Assembly: GCA_035486275.1 (NCBI GenBank)
Contig: DATHNG010000144.1
Coordinates: forward strand, 1,617-65,616
Origin: Bacteroidia bacterium
GTDB taxonomy: Bacteria > Bacteroidota > Bacteroidia > JABEUT01
DNA: 64,000 nt
Reading direction: 5' to 3'
A program made the position numbers and the translations under genes. Of this stretch, positions 38,484-48,990 are shown piece by piece. Below the pieces are notes generated by a model. That model was given only the letters and a program-made list of their open reading frames with translations. It searched no databases and was not told the DNA's origin. Positions within the stretch are counted from its first letter, which is position 1. Each line of letters begins with the position of its first letter.

Positions 38484-38969
38484 GTAAGTGGCAGATGCTT
38501 CGACAGGCTCAGCATGACAATAGGTGTAGTTTGCGGCACGAGTTAATCGCAATTAATATGTTCTTTTGTCTTGACACACCTGCTTTAGCAAGCATGAACT
38601 CCTTTGAAATTATTAGCGATGTGAATAAAAGAACTAAAAAGTCAAGACAGCCGAAGGCAATCACTCCTTGGGGTCGTGACCGGCTCATTACGCTCTGCTG
38701 CATTCTCCTTTGCTGGCCGCCTGTCAGTTCTTCTCCTTTAGGGAGAAGTAAAACGTAATCTCATTGTACTCATGCTGAAATAGGTAAAAGGTGGGCGCGG
38801 GTTAGCTGCAAATGATGCGAGTATAGGAAACACAGGCAAGCAGGGAGCAAATGACGCCCCGCCTAAGGAAGCCCCAAAATAAGGAATGATATTGACGGGT
38901 AGCGGAAGCCCAAAATTTTAGACAATAAATAGGCAATTTAATTGCATATTTGCAGCCCAAAACGCCCTG

Positions 38970-40508
38970 ATGCAAGAAAGCATTTTAATACTCGATTTCG
39001 GTTCGCAATTTACCCAGCTGATAGCCCGCAGGGTGCGTGAACTGAATGTGTATTGCGAAATACACCCCTTTAACCACTTTGATAAGGCTATGAAAAGCAT
39101 GCCCAATATAAAGGGCATTATACTTTCGGGTAGCCCTTTTTCAGTGCATGATAAGGATGCTCCCTCGCTGCAACTCAACGATATACGTGGCAAGCTTCCG
39201 TTATTGGGGGTATGCTACGGGGCACAGCTAATGGCATACCAGTGGGGTGGTAAAGTAGGTAAGAGCAGCAGCAGGGAATATGGCAGGGCACATTTGAAAC
39301 TGGTCGATGCCAAAAATGAACTGGTTACGGGCCTTAGCGCTCAAACACAGGTATGGATGTCGCATGGCGATTCAATATTGCAATTACCTGAAGGAGCTAA
39401 GTTAACAGCCAGCACTGAAGATGTGGAGGCTGCAGCTTTCTCATTCAATGGCGAAAAGGCGTATGGTATACAGTTCCACCCTGAGGTGTACCATACAACC
39501 GAAGGTACCAAGCTGCTGAAGAACTTTGTAGTTAGTATTTGTGGTTGCAAACAGGACTGGACAGCGGCATCGTTTATAGATACAACGGTAAAAGAACTGA
39601 AAGATAAAATTGGAAATGATAAGGTAGTGCTTGGCTTATCGGGTGGTGTAGATTCATCGGTTGCAGCGGTATTGCTGAATAAGGCAATTGGTAAAAACCT
39701 GTACTGCATTTTTGTAGATAATGGCTTATTGCGTAAGAACGAATTTGAAAGCGTACTGGAATCATACAAGCACATGGGCCTGAATGTGAAAGGTGTTGAT
39801 GCCAAGAAGCATTTTTACGAAGCCCTTGCCGGTATTGAAGACCCTGAGAAAAAAAGGAAAGCCATTGGCCGTGTTTTTATAGAAGTATTTGACCGCGAGG
39901 CGCACCAGATACAGGATGTGAAGTGGCTGGCACAAGGCACTATATACCCCGATGTTATTGAATCGGTAAGTATAAAAGGCCCGTCGATGACCATTAAATC
40001 GCACCACAACGTAGGTGGCCTGCCCGATTATATGAAGCTTAAAATTGTTGAGCCACTTCGTTCTCTCTTTAAAGATGAGGTACGCAGAGTAGGTAAAACA
40101 CTCAATATGGATGAGAACCTGATTGGCCGTCATCCTTTCCCGGGGCCTGGTTTGGCTATTCGTATACTTGGCGATATTACACCTGAGAAAGTGGCACTGC
40201 TGCAGGAAGCTGATGCAGTATTCATACAAAATCTGTGGTCTGCAGGGCTGTACGATAAGGTTTGGCAGGCGGGTGTTATATTGTTACCGGTGCGGTCGGT
40301 AGGTGTAATGGGCGATGAACGTACATACGAAAATGTAGTTGCCTTGCGTGCTGTTAGCTCAACAGATGGAATGACAGCAGATTGGTGCCATTTACCATAC
40401 GAAGTTTTGGCTAAGATATCGAACGAAATAATTAATAAGGTTAGAGGTATTAACCGCGTGGTATACGACATAAGCTCGAAGCCGCCAGCAACTATTGAGT
40501 GGGAATAG
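38970..40508 (+). CDS. guaA: GMP synthase (glutamine-hydrolysing)
   Basis: 512 aa. [33 protein letters not shown] (PP-loop), C-terminal PPATIEWE. Confidence 0.97.
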   Translation: MQESILILDFGSQFTQLIARRVRELNVYCEIHPFNHFDKAMKSMPNIKGIILSGSPFSVHDKDAPSLQLNDIRGKLPLLGVCYGAQLMAYQWGGKVGKSSSREYGRAHLKLVDAKNELVTGLSAQTQVWMSHGDSILQLPEGAKLTASTEDVEAAAFSFNGEKAYGIQFHPEVYHTTEGTKLLKNFVVSICGCKQDWTAASFIDTTVKELKDKIGNDKVVLGLSGGVDSSVAAVLLNKAIGKNLYCIFVDNGLLRKNEFESVLESYKHMGLNVKGVDAKKHFYEALAGIEDPEKKRKAIGRVFIEVFDREAHQIQDVKWLAQGTIYPDVIESVSIKGPSMTIKSHHNVGGLPDYMKLKIVEPLRSLFKDEVRRVGKTLNMDENLIGRHPFPGPGLAIRILGDITPEKVALLQEADAVFIQNLWSAGLYDKVWQAGVILLPVRSVGVMGDERTYENVVALRAVSSTDGMTADWCHLPYEVLAKISNEIINKVRGINRVVYDISSKPPATIEWE

Positions 40509-42337
40509 TGAGGCGAATTAAATTCATACTGTTTATTCTTGTTCTGTTTGCAGGGCAAGCCTTTGCGCAGAACGCAGATGATAAAAGCGTTACGGTAAAT
40601 GGTAAGAAATTCTATCAGCACATTGTAAAAAAGGGTGAAACGGTATATGGTCTTTCGAAAGATTATAATGTAGCGGCACGCGATATTGTAATGGAGAACC
40701 CTAAAGCAATGGAGGGTATTTCGGCAGGAGACACCTTGCGGATCCCTTTGGCTTCCGCATCAACTGCGCTTCCTGAGGCAAGCGGAGATAAAACACAGGG
40801 AGGGTATATTTATCATAAGGTAGTTGCAAAAGAAACATTGTATTCATTAAGCAAGCAATACAATACGCGCATTTCTTTATTAGATAGCCTGAATCCTGAT
40901 TTGAAAGCAAAAGGATTGTTAGTAGGGCAAAACCTGAAGATTCCTGCGCCACATAGTGCATCACAGCAGACAGTTCAAACACCAACACCGGTTGTAACAC
41001 CAACCATTACACCGGTGCAGAAGACCATTGTACAAACTGCCCCATCAAAGGATACCGCCAAAGAAAGGCAAGCATTTAAGAACCTGGTGAACCAGCAACA
41101 TATTGATACGACAAAGAAACAGGTAGTAAATAACCAGCCTATTATAATGCCACCAAAGCCGGTATTAACACAAACAGTAACGCCAACACCAATAGCTGTG
41201 GTTGACAGAGCCAAGTTAAAGAACAAGTACAATGTGGCGCTTATAATGCCATTTACTTCTGAAAATGCTGATACTATTAAAATGAATCGCCTGCTTGATG
41301 GAACTGAGCAGCTGCCATTGTATTCTCAAATATCATCGGACTTTTATCAGGGCACTATGATCGCACTTGATTCATTGGAGAAGAAAGGAGTGAGCGTTGA
41401 CCTCCATTTGTACAACATAACATCCACAGCCGACACTTCTGCATACAGGCTCGATTCAATTTTGAAAGACCCTGCCTTTGCCTTGTCAGACCTTATTATA
41501 GGCCCTCCCTCAACGGCACATTTTAAAAAGGTTGCAGCGTATGCGGCTATGCATAACATACCTATTGTGTCTCCCATTGTATCGGATAATGTGGTAGTAC
41601 AGACCAATGCGTTTGCCAGCAAGGTAACGCCATCATCAGTTACTGAAATTGAAAAGATGGCTGACTTTGTTACGGCTCATTATAGTAAGAGCAACGTGAT
41701 CCTGCTACACCACAGAGACGCAGCGGATGAAGTTTATTTTGAGAACTTCAAAAAACGCTATACGGCCAATATGCAGGTGTATGGCGAAAAAGACTCTGTG
41801 ACCGTTGCCGATTATTCAGATAACCTCGAAATAATGGGGAAGAAGATTCAGCCGAACAAGAACAATGTAATTGTTGTTCCTTATCAGGGCGCATCGTTTG
41901 TAGCTAAGCTGGTTAACAGGCTTGCTAATTCAAAGTATGCTGACGATGATTCAATAGTATTATTTGGTATGCACAACTGGCTCAATAACGATAACCTTGA
42001 CATGGCTGACCTTGATACACTGAACTTCCATTTCCCATCAAATGATTATGTGAACTATTCTGATTCCTGCACCAAGGGATTTATACGAACCTACCGTAGT
42101 AACTTCTATACGGAACCAAGCTATTATGCTTGCCAGGGGTTTGATATAGCTTATTTTTATATTGGGTTGCTGGGTAAATATGGCACTGATATGCAGAATC
42201 ACTTATCGGACACAAAATATAATGGAGTACATACCTGCATTGATATGAAACGAGTTGGAGATACGGGCGGCTATGATAATAGCGCCATTTATATTCTGGA
42301 GTATAAGAACTACGCTGTACTTAGGAATGCCCGGTAA
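40499..42337 (+). CDS. Secreted protein with two LysM domains, a T/P/V/Q-rich linker and a type-1 periplasmic-binding-protein-like domain
   Basis: 612 aa. Two LysM-like blocks ([16 protein letters not shown]...GDTLRIP; [16 protein letters not shown]...GQNLKIP), then a PBP-like region. GTG start at 40499 (or 40508), overlapping the guaA stop. Confidence 0.7.
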   Translation: MGIVRRIKFILFILVLFAGQAFAQNADDKSVTVNGKKFYQHIVKKGETVYGLSKDYNVAARDIVMENPKAMEGISAGDTLRIPLASASTALPEASGDKTQGGYIYHKVVAKETLYSLSKQYNTRISLLDSLNPDLKAKGLLVGQNLKIPAPHSASQQTVQTPTPVVTPTITPVQKTIVQTAPSKDTAKERQAFKNLVNQQHIDTTKKQVVNNQPIIMPPKPVLTQTVTPTPIAVVDRAKLKNKYNVALIMPFTSENADTIKMNRLLDGTEQLPLYSQISSDFYQGTMIALDSLEKKGVSVDLHLYNITSTADTSAYRLDSILKDPAFALSDLIIGPPSTAHFKKVAAYAAMHNIPIVSPIVSDNVVVQTNAFASKVTPSSVTEIEKMADFVTAHYSKSNVILLHHRDAADEVYFENFKKRYTANMQVYGEKDSVTVADYSDNLEIMGKKIQPNKNNVIVVPYQGASFVAKLVNRLANSKYADDDSIVLFGMHNWLNNDNLDMADLDTLNFHFPSNDYVNYSDSCTKGFIRTYRSNFYTEPSYYACQGFDIAYFYIGLLGKYGTDMQNHLSDTKYNGVHTCIDMKRVGDTGGYDNSAIYILEYKNYAVLRNAR

Positions 42338-42346
42338 TTGCTGCTC

Positions 42347-43351
42347 TTATTGAGCGTTCAAAATCTTGAACAACTCGTTCAGCTTAGGTGTAAGGATAAT
42401 ATCAGTTCTGCGGTTCTTCTTGCGTGCATCCGCATCATTACCCGCATCAACAGGATCGTACTCGCTAACACCTGATGCTGAAATACGGTGCGGATCAACT
42501 TTAGAATCCTGCAGTAATATCTTAACTACAGATGTGGCACGCATTACGCTAAGGTCCCAGTTGTCTTTTATCTCACCTGAACCGTGCATAGCCTGATCAT
42601 CGGTATGACCTTCTACATTTATATTTATATCTGGATTGTTTTCAAGGGCTTGTGCAAGCTTCTGTAATGCTTTTACACCACCAGCCTGCACTTCTGTTTT
42701 ACCACTGGCAAATAACAGCTTCTCATCCATTGATACATACACCTTACCGTTCTTCTCATATACACTGATTCCATCATTTGCATAGCCTTCAAGCGCGTGC
42801 TGTATCATGTGTTTTAATGAATCGACAGCGGCATCTTTACTCTTTAGTATGTTTTTCAGTTCATTTACCTTGGCTTCTCTTTGTTGTAGTTGAATGTTAA
42901 GGGAATCTAGGTGGGCTTTCTCCTTATCCAGTTGCATTTGTAAGGTATTAAGCTGATCTTGCTTCTGTAGTAGTTGAGTTTCGGTAGTTTGCAACTGGCC
43001 GGAAAGCTTTTGGGCGTCATCCTGGCTGCCTTTCAGCATCTGGTTATACTTTGAAAGGAGCTCTTCGTTTATTTCGTTAAGCTTATCGTATTTCGATGTC
43101 ATATCGCGATAGCTGGTTCCACACATAGCCGTATCCTGCACCAGGCTGGTAACACTCTTCTGATACTGGTCAAGTTTGGTTTGCATTTCAGTCTTTTTTG
43201 TTTCACAATCCTGGTCAGCAGCTTTGGCCGCCGCCGCCGCAGCTTCAGCAGTTTTCCGTTTATTCTGTTCGTCTATGAGTTTATTTTGTGGAACACATGA
43301 AGACAGGTACAATGCTGTACCAAGTGCAAGAATGGTTATGTATTTTTTCAT
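42347..43351 (-). CDS. OmpA-family lipoprotein with long coiled-coil N-region
   Basis: The ATG at 43351 gives MKKYITILALGTALYLSSC. The C-terminal OmpA-like block is VEGHTDD...DNWDLSVMRATSV...NRRTDI. The track start at 43399 would place a terminator hairpin inside the gene. Confidence 0.8.
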   Translation of the reverse strand: MKKYITILALGTALYLSSCVPQNKLIDEQNKRKTAEAAAAAAKAADQDCETKKTEMQTKLDQYQKSVTSLVQDTAMCGTSYRDMTSKYDKLNEINEELLSKYNQMLKGSQDDAQKLSGQLQTTETQLLQKQDQLNTLQMQLDKEKAHLDSLNIQLQQREAKVNELKNILKSKDAAVDSLKHMIQHALEGYANDGISVYEKNGKVYVSMDEKLLFASGKTEVQAGGVKALQKLAQALENNPDININVEGHTDDQAMHGSGEIKDNWDLSVMRATSVVKILLQDSKVDPHRISASGVSEYDPVDAGNDADARKKNRRTDIILTPKLNELFKILNAQ

Positions 43352-43384
43352 GGCAGTAATGGTTAAAAAGTACCTTTTAAAGCT

Positions 43385-43416
43385 AAAAAGCCCTGACACA
43401 TGCCAGGGCTTTTTTT
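43385..43416. terminator. Bidirectional rho-independent terminator
   Basis: aaaagccctg / cagggctttt 10-bp stem flanked by an A-run and a T-run. Lies 56 nt downstream of the stop of the minus-strand small gene at 43472. Confidence 0.7.
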
Positions 43417-43471
43417 ATGTGAGTATACAGTAACAAAATAGTATTGAAATAAGCCTTTCGGCCTTGTTTCT

Positions 43472-43693
43472 TTACATTTTCTTAGCTGTATCAGCCTTCT
43501 TAGTGGTGTCCTTAGGCATTGCAGCAACTGAATCTTTTGCATGTTGCATTTTAGCAGCATTCATTAAAGAGTCAGCGTGGTTCTTTGCTGCAATTGAATC
43601 CTTTGCTTTATCAGCATCAGCATTCTTATCTCCGCCTTTGCAGGCAGCTAAAGCAACTCCGGAAACAAGGGCAACAAATAATAGCTTTTTCAT
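43472..43693 (-). CDS. Small K/A/D-rich lipoprotein
   Basis: 73 aa. Lipobox (VALAAC), low-complexity lysine-rich mature part, own terminator. Confidence 0.5.
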   Translation of the reverse strand: MKKLLFVALVSGVALAACKGGDKNADADKAKDSIAAKNHADSLMNAAKMQHAKDSVAAMPKDTTKKADTAKKM

Positions 43694-43815
43694 AACGGTG
43701 TGTGTTTGGTTTTATGCGTGCAAAAGTAATACAGCGAAGCCCTTCAATAAGGGTCACTATAAAATTTTATTAACAATGAATGGTTATGAACGTAAAACTC
43801 TACCGGAAAGGAGAC

Positions 43816-44247
43816 TCAGTTCTTAAAATGGCTCAATGCCTCATCCTCTTTTTTGCGCATTATTTTTTTTGCGGCAACACTTTTATCGCCGTACCCACAT
43901 AGGTGAAGTACACCGTGAATGATTATACGTCGTAGTTCTTGCGGAAAGGGTTCTTTAAATTTTTTAGCATTTTCCTTAACCCTGTCAATACTTACAAATA
44001 TTTCACCCGAAATAGTTTTCTTCTCGGTATAATCAAAAGTAATTATATCGGTAAGGGTATTGTGGTTAAGGAATTCCTTATTGATATTCAGCAAATGCTC
44101 ATCCGTGCAGAGAAAATAAAACAATTGCCCACAGGTTTTTCCTTCCTGTTTAATTATTTTTTTAATCCAGTCTTTTGTTTTTTTCTCCTCCTTTATTGAG
44201 AAATTAAAATCTTCCTCGCTTTGGAATATTATTGTAGGAGAAGGCAC
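43816..44247 (-). CDS. ybeY: rRNA maturation endoribonuclease YbeY
   Basis: 143 aa. HGVLHLCGYGD metal-binding motif. Confidence 0.85.
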   Translation of the reverse strand: MPSPTIIFQSEEDFNFSIKEEKKTKDWIKKIIKQEGKTCGQLFYFLCTDEHLLNINKEFLNHNTLTDIITFDYTEKKTISGEIFVSIDRVKENAKKFKEPFPQELRRIIIHGVLHLCGYGDKSVAAKKIMRKKEDEALSHFKN

Positions 44248-44256
44248 AAGCAGACT

Positions 44257-44739
44257 TTAGTTGGCAAGAATATCGAAACTTAATGAAACACAACGGCCCT
44301 TTTCAGAGAACTTCACATCATCGGCCAAACGGTGCATTAAAAACACCCCTCTGCCTGAAGGCTTATCTATATTTTTGGGGTCAGTAGGGTCAGGTAAATG
44401 TTTGAAATCAAAACCTTCGCCTTCATCACGTACTGTAAATGAAATTGCCTTATTATTGGAAGAGAAGGTGACATATATTTTTTTAACAGGATTTGCTTTA
44501 TTACCGTGATAAATGGCATTATTCACCGCTTCCGTAACCGCAACTAAAATATTCCCATAGTGGTCCTCATTTACCTTGTAGTTAGCGCAAATGGCATCAA
44601 TAAGTTTTTCGACAATATGTATGCTTTCAGATGCTGAGTCTAATTCTAACTGCTGATTTTGCATTTTCTTTGGGTTAGTTTTTTTGGCCGGAGTTTTCTT
44701 CTTTACCGCCTTTAATTTAGTAGTGGAGCTCTTCTTCAT
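44257..44739 (-). CDS. RsbW/SpoIIAB-like anti-sigma-factor serine kinase (HATPase_c_2)
   Basis: 160 aa. Lys-rich N-tail, then VTEAVNNAIYHGN (N-box) and DEGEGFD...GRGVFLM (G-boxes). ATGA overlap with the upstream DUF4175 gene. Confidence 0.7.
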   Translation of the reverse strand: MKKSSTTKLKAVKKKTPAKKTNPKKMQNQQLELDSASESIHIVEKLIDAICANYKVNEDHYGNILVAVTEAVNNAIYHGNKANPVKKIYVTFSSNNKAISFTVRDEGEGFDFKHLPDPTDPKNIDKPSGRGVFLMHRLADDVKFSEKGRCVSLSFDILAN

Positions 44740-47700
44740 TCCTGGAACGAATTAAAATAATCATTTACTTTTCCTTTATAAAATGAATTAAGGTCCGGCG
44801 GCACAGTTTTGAGCAACTCATTTTGCTGGCTTTTTTGACTATTATACTGAAAAAACGGGTTTGGGTTACCAAAATATTGTTTTTTTGCAACATGAGACTG
44901 AAAATCAGGCTCTTGCCCTTTTTCTTTTTCAGCCTTTTCATAGTCTAAAAGATGCTTTACAAGATCCTGTTGTCGTTGTAAAGTGGCGTCTGTAATTTGC
45001 TTATTTACAATATCTTCTTCTATTTTATTCATTTCATCTGCCATGTTGCCAAGTTCACCCGCTCCTTTGTTTTGCGAAGACTGATCTTCTGACTGTTGCA
45101 TCATTTGACGGATATATTCCTGCTGTGCTGCCATTTTTGCCAATTGTTCGCTCATTTGTTCACTTCCACCTTGTCCTTGTTTCGGCCCCGGTTGCTTACC
45201 CATCATAGCCTTCATTTGGTCTAATTGCTTCGACATCTGTTCTTGCATAGCCCTCATCTGCGACATAGATGGTTTACTGCCTTTGCCACCTGGTTTATTG
45301 CAACTTCCACTACCTGGTGAGCCATTTTTACTTGCTGCTTTCATGGCTTCCAGGCTTCCATTAAGCATTAGCGTTAAGTTATTTATCGATGTCATTGAGT
45401 ACTGTTCCCGGCTGCTTGCAGAAAACCCTTGCCTCTCCTCAAGTTCACTTACAGCTTCTTTCATATTGTAATTAATCTTATCCATTTCCTGATTTACTAT
45501 TCTTGAAAGCTCAGGAGTACGTTTACTTAATTTATAAAGGCTGTCTGCAATACTATTTGCATTGTCCTGTAATTCCTTTTGTTTCTTAGCTACATCTGAG
45601 TATTGCAGCGAATTAGTACCCGATGAACCTAGTTTGGCCATTAGGTCCTCTTGTGCGAATGAAAGATCAAGTAATTTATTCAGAATATTACGTAAAGAAT
45701 TTTCATCAGCTTCTTCTTCCTGGCTTTGTTCCTGTTGCTGGAACTTCTTCATATCACTAGCCATTTGTTGCATTTGTTGTGCAGCTTTTTGTTGCGATTG
45801 CGATGCTTTGCTGTTCTTGCCTTGTGCTAACTGCTGGCTACTCTGCTGCATTTGTTGCTGGGCACTTTGCATTTGCTGTTCCGGTGTCTTAAATCCAGTG
45901 GGGTCCGATAATTGTTCATTCTTTTTTTGAAGATTTTCCAGGCTTTTGGCAGCATCCTGCATTTCTTTATTTAAAGCATCTTGTTGCTTTTGCAGTTCAC
46001 TATTAGGTTGCGTTTTCGCTTGTGTGTGTTCACTTAGCTTCTCCTGTTTATTTGCAAGTGAATCGAGGTGCTGAATATTTTGTGTGAGCTGTTGTTGGAA
46101 TTCCATTTGTTTGAACAGGTCTAGCGTGCGCTCTAATTCCTTTTTCAAATCCTGGTTATTCATCGCCATTTTATCAAGCTCCTGTTGTACCTGGTTCTTA
46201 TTCATCTGGTCCATCATCTTTTGCAGGTCGGCAATTTTCTTTTTCAGGCTATCGCTTGCAAGTTGGTCAAACAACTTCTGTATTTCCTCCTGTTTCTGAA
46301 CAAGATCAGAGTCTTTTTTCTGAAATTCCCATTGCTTATCATTGTTCTTTTTATTTTGCTGGCTAAGCTCTTCAGCCTTTTTTTGCAATTCCATTTGCTG
46401 GTTCAACAAGTCCTTTACCTTTTTTTTATCAGCCCAGTTAAGCTCTTCTTTATTGTACATATCAGCCCGCATCTGTTCCATTTGGTTTTCGAGGCTGTAG
46501 GCTTGCTGTATAGTTTTATCTAAGTCATTCTTTGTCTTACTGTTATTATCATCTGTATTCTTCTGTATTTGATCAAGCGTTGGTGCTTTATAATACATTA
46601 CTGTAGTTTTGGTCGATTTGGCGCCATTAACTCCATCATTGTCCCATACTTCAAAATAATATTCAATCTGTGTACCAGGTGCCATATTTAAAGTATCCAT
46701 ATCCCAATAAAAATAAAACGGCTGCTGTAATACATTATTGGCGATGCTTATATCAGTCATACGTGAAATCCCTGATGTTGCAGATGAATCCTGCGCAGTG
46801 TAAATTCTATAATGAAATACAAGTTTTGAAAATCCATAATCATCTTTTATTGATCCGTTAAAGTAAAGGTGCTTTGAAGAAAGAGAATCTTGTTTTTGTT
46901 CTGCTTCAATTGCTGGGTACAGATCGGGAATAACCTGGATAGCATATTTTACTGAATCCTGGTTAGTCAGGAATTTATTTACAGTAGCAATGGAATAATT
47001 ACCACTTTGCATAAACCTTCGACTGATCGAATACATATCTTGCCCGGTAGGGGTAAGCACTTTTGCAGAATCATTAAAGCGAAGTCGAACATTATCCGTA
47101 TTTCGGGTATTAAATTGCCAACTTACTACTGTACCCTGAGGAATGGCCATATCACCTGTATTATGTAGGGTTTCATCCTTTTTGCCAGTATATCCAGGAT
47201 AATGAAGTTTTACATTAAAATTTACAAGCACCGGATTCGGGAAAACATTTAATTTATATTCATCGGATCCAAATTCAGATGCAGTAAAAGAAAAATTAAT
47301 ATCCTGTTGAACATTCCTGAATACATATTGAAATGAAACAGCAGTTTGTTTATCCATTTTAAACTTACTACCCTGATATTCTATAAAAACATTATCAGGA
47401 ACTTCATTACCGGTTAACTTTAGCTTTAGCGTAAAATCCTTTTCCTCTATCGCATTTAAGTTCTTATTTTCAATTACAAATTGGAATGGCGCCACTTTGG
47501 CAAAGTGTGTATTATAATGTAATATTTGTTGTGTGCCCTGACCAATTAATGCCGGACGGCCCCACCATATAAATAAGATTGCGAAAAGTGGAATAATAAG
47601 GAAGCGGATGTATTTTTTATTTTCAGCCAGATTTATTGCCACATTAAAAGGTACTGGGCGAATCTCTTTAGTTTTTTGTTCAATGCTCGCTTCAAGCAGC

Positions 47701-48074
47701 TCCATAGAAGAAGTTGCTGCCTGATTTTTCAATTGGAGCAAGTTTAAAAGTTTATCCTGAACTTCACTGAAATGTTTTCCTATAATTATTGCAGCTTCTT
47801 CATAACCGATAATACTTCCTATACGGTAAAGTTTTAGTAAGGGTATCACAATAAAACGGGTGAGAATGAAAAGGTTTCCGGTTAAGAACAGATAGAAAAG
47901 AGTAGTGCGAAGTGGAATATTAAAACTGCCATAATATGCCGCTACAACCAGGGAAATGTAAAAAGAAAGACATAATGTAGAAGCATATATTAACCCCCTT
48001 ATAAGTTGGTTCTTATAATACTTGCGAATAAATTCATCAAGTTTGGCTAGAAGTATCTTGTTTGCAGAGTTCAT
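44736..48074 (-). CDS. DUF4175-like giant membrane protein with Q/K/E-rich coiled-coil region
   Basis: 1112 aa. N-terminal TM helices, a central beta-rich region, then about 500 aa of Gln/Lys/Glu/Met-rich low-complexity coiled coil. Confidence 0.6.
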   Translation of the reverse strand: MNSANKILLAKLDEFIRKYYKNQLIRGLIYASTLCLSFYISLVVAAYYGSFNIPLRTTLFYLFLTGNLFILTRFIVIPLLKLYRIGSIIGYEEAAIIIGKHFSEVQDKLLNLLQLKNQAATSSMELLEASIEQKTKEIRPVPFNVAINLAENKKYIRFLIIPLFAILFIWWGRPALIGQGTQQILHYNTHFAKVAPFQFVIENKNLNAIEEKDFTLKLKLTGNEVPDNVFIEYQGSKFKMDKQTAVSFQYVFRNVQQDINFSFTASEFGSDEYKLNVFPNPVLVNFNVKLHYPGYTGKKDETLHNTGDMAIPQGTVVSWQFNTRNTDNVRLRFNDSAKVLTPTGQDMYSISRRFMQSGNYSIATVNKFLTNQDSVKYAIQVIPDLYPAIEAEQKQDSLSSKHLYFNGSIKDDYGFSKLVFHYRIYTAQDSSATSGISRMTDISIANNVLQQPFYFYWDMDTLNMAPGTQIEYYFEVWDNDGVNGAKSTKTTVMYYKAPTLDQIQKNTDDNNSKTKNDLDKTIQQAYSLENQMEQMRADMYNKEELNWADKKKVKDLLNQQMELQKKAEELSQQNKKNNDKQWEFQKKDSDLVQKQEEIQKLFDQLASDSLKKKIADLQKMMDQMNKNQVQQELDKMAMNNQDLKKELERTLDLFKQMEFQQQLTQNIQHLDSLANKQEKLSEHTQAKTQPNSELQKQQDALNKEMQDAAKSLENLQKKNEQLSDPTGFKTPEQQMQSAQQQMQQSSQQLAQGKNSKASQSQQKAAQQMQQMASDMKKFQQQEQSQEEEADENSLRNILNKLLDLSFAQEDLMAKLGSSGTNSLQYSDVAKKQKELQDNANSIADSLYKLSKRTPELSRIVNQEMDKINYNMKEAVSELEERQGFSASSREQYSMTSINNLTLMLNGSLEAMKAASKNGSPGSGSCNKPGGKGSKPSMSQMRAMQEQMSKQLDQMKAMMGKQPGPKQGQGGSEQMSEQLAKMAAQQEYIRQMMQQSEDQSSQNKGAGELGNMADEMNKIEEDIVNKQITDATLQRQQDLVKHLLDYEKAEKEKGQEPDFQSHVAKKQYFGNPNPFFQYNSQKSQQNELLKTVPPDLNSFYKGKVNDYFNSFQE

Positions 48075-48227
48075 TTCAGTACATCAAATATAAGCAGCAT
48101 TTCCCGAAAAATCCAGCCAGGAGCAGTTAAATATTATTAAAAGTGAGTTTTCGGGAGTATTATGCCAGTGTAACGCTATTATTTAGTTGAATTATTGCTA
48201 CTTATGTGATTTATAAAAAGAAGGCTG

Positions 48228-48235
48228 TATTTTTG
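48228..48235 (+). promoter_or_regulatory. Candidate -7 promoter box (TATTTTTG)
   Basis: TAnnTTTG match 36 nt upstream of ATG 48271. Confidence 0.3.
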
Positions 48236-48270
48236 TATACGCAAGATCTAACCTTGGCGGGCTAATATTT

Positions 48271-48990
48271 ATGTATAAGACCTCAGTACTTTTACCTTTA
48301 TACAATGAATCTGAAACAATTGAACAGACAATAGTTGCAGTTAAAGAATACGCTGTCAAACATTCAGACTTCTATTTTTTATTTATAAACGACGGGTCTA
48401 CTGATGGTACCGGTAATATTGTAAAAGAAAGAATTAAAGACATCGGTAATATTTCAATGCTGGAATTAAGGGCGAATATGGGTAAGGCAAGTGCATTGAA
48501 ACAGGCAATAAAAGAAGTAAACTCAGAGTATATAGTATTTAATGATGGTGATATGGCCTATTCTATGGATCATGTTGATTTAGTAATAGATGCCTTGAAA
48601 ACAAGTGATATAGTTATTGGTAATAGAAAGCTTGGTGAGAATAGCCCACGTAAAGTACAACGTTTTGTAGCCGGGGAGATTTTTAATAGGCTCGCAAGAC
48701 TCTTACTAGGGCTCGATTTTACAGATACACAGGCTGGAATTAAAGGATTTAAAGGAAGTGTTGCAAAGAAATTGTTCGGGTTAAGTATAATTACCGATTT
48801 TGCGTTCGATGCAGAGTTACTTTATATTGCCAAACAAAAAGGGTATAGTGTTGCACTTATACCTGCAAAGGTTAATAAGGCGCATAGGTATAGCCCTTCT
48901 ACTATAAAGGTTATTCGCGATTCACCTGGTATGTTCTTTAGCCTGATCAGGATGATATTTTACAGAATAAGTGGCAGATATAATGGATAA
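48271..48990 (+). CDS. GT2 polyprenol-phosphate glycosyltransferase (Dpm1/GtrB/ArnC-like catalytic domain)
   Basis: 239 aa. LPLYNES, NDGSTDGT, GKASALK, NDGDMAY (DxD-like), DTQAGIKGF. Confidence 0.8.
   Translation: MYKTSVLLPLYNESETIEQTIVAVKEYAVKHSDFYFLFINDGSTDGTGNIVKERIKDIGNISMLELRANMGKASALKQAIKEVNSEYIVFNDGDMAYSMDHVDLVIDALKTSDIVIGNRKLGENSPRKVQRFVAGEIFNRLARLLLGLDFTDTQAGIKGFKGSVAKKLFGLSIITDFAFDAELLYIAKQKGYSVALIPAKVNKAHRYSPSTIKVIRDSPGMFFSLIRMIFYRISGRYNG

Noticed and set aside
38435-38758. 107-aa plus-strand ORF in the island spacer
   Set aside because: Its translation is built from the repeat motifs (the G-tract hairpin gives SSLLGEEMRWGG, and the palindromic motif gives LRQAQHD). It has a Cys/Leu/Pro-rich junk-like composition and no domain. 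More likely non-coding.
38759-38969. Possible purine riboswitch or tRNA-like element upstream of guaA
   Set aside because: There is some GC-rich pairing (gggcg...cgccc). However, there is no purine-riboswitch core (no UAUAAU...CUACC-type junctions), no cloverleaf and no T-loop consensus.
954-46523. Numerous 60-160-aa ORFs nested in or antisense to large genes (for example 954-1328, 2954-3331, 15387-15782, 39341-39805, 40130-40621, 45562-45930, 46185-46523)
   Set aside because: They are shadow ORFs inside strongly supported genes (sod, glmS, metK, guaA, DUF4175). Their compositions are typical of antisense translation, and none has recognisable motifs.
48102-48156. 9-bp inverted repeat (tcccgaaaa ... 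ttttcggga, 37-nt spacer) upstream of the DUF4175 gene
   Set aside because: Short arms with a long AT-rich spacer, a single occurrence, and no supporting context. Possibly fortuitous.
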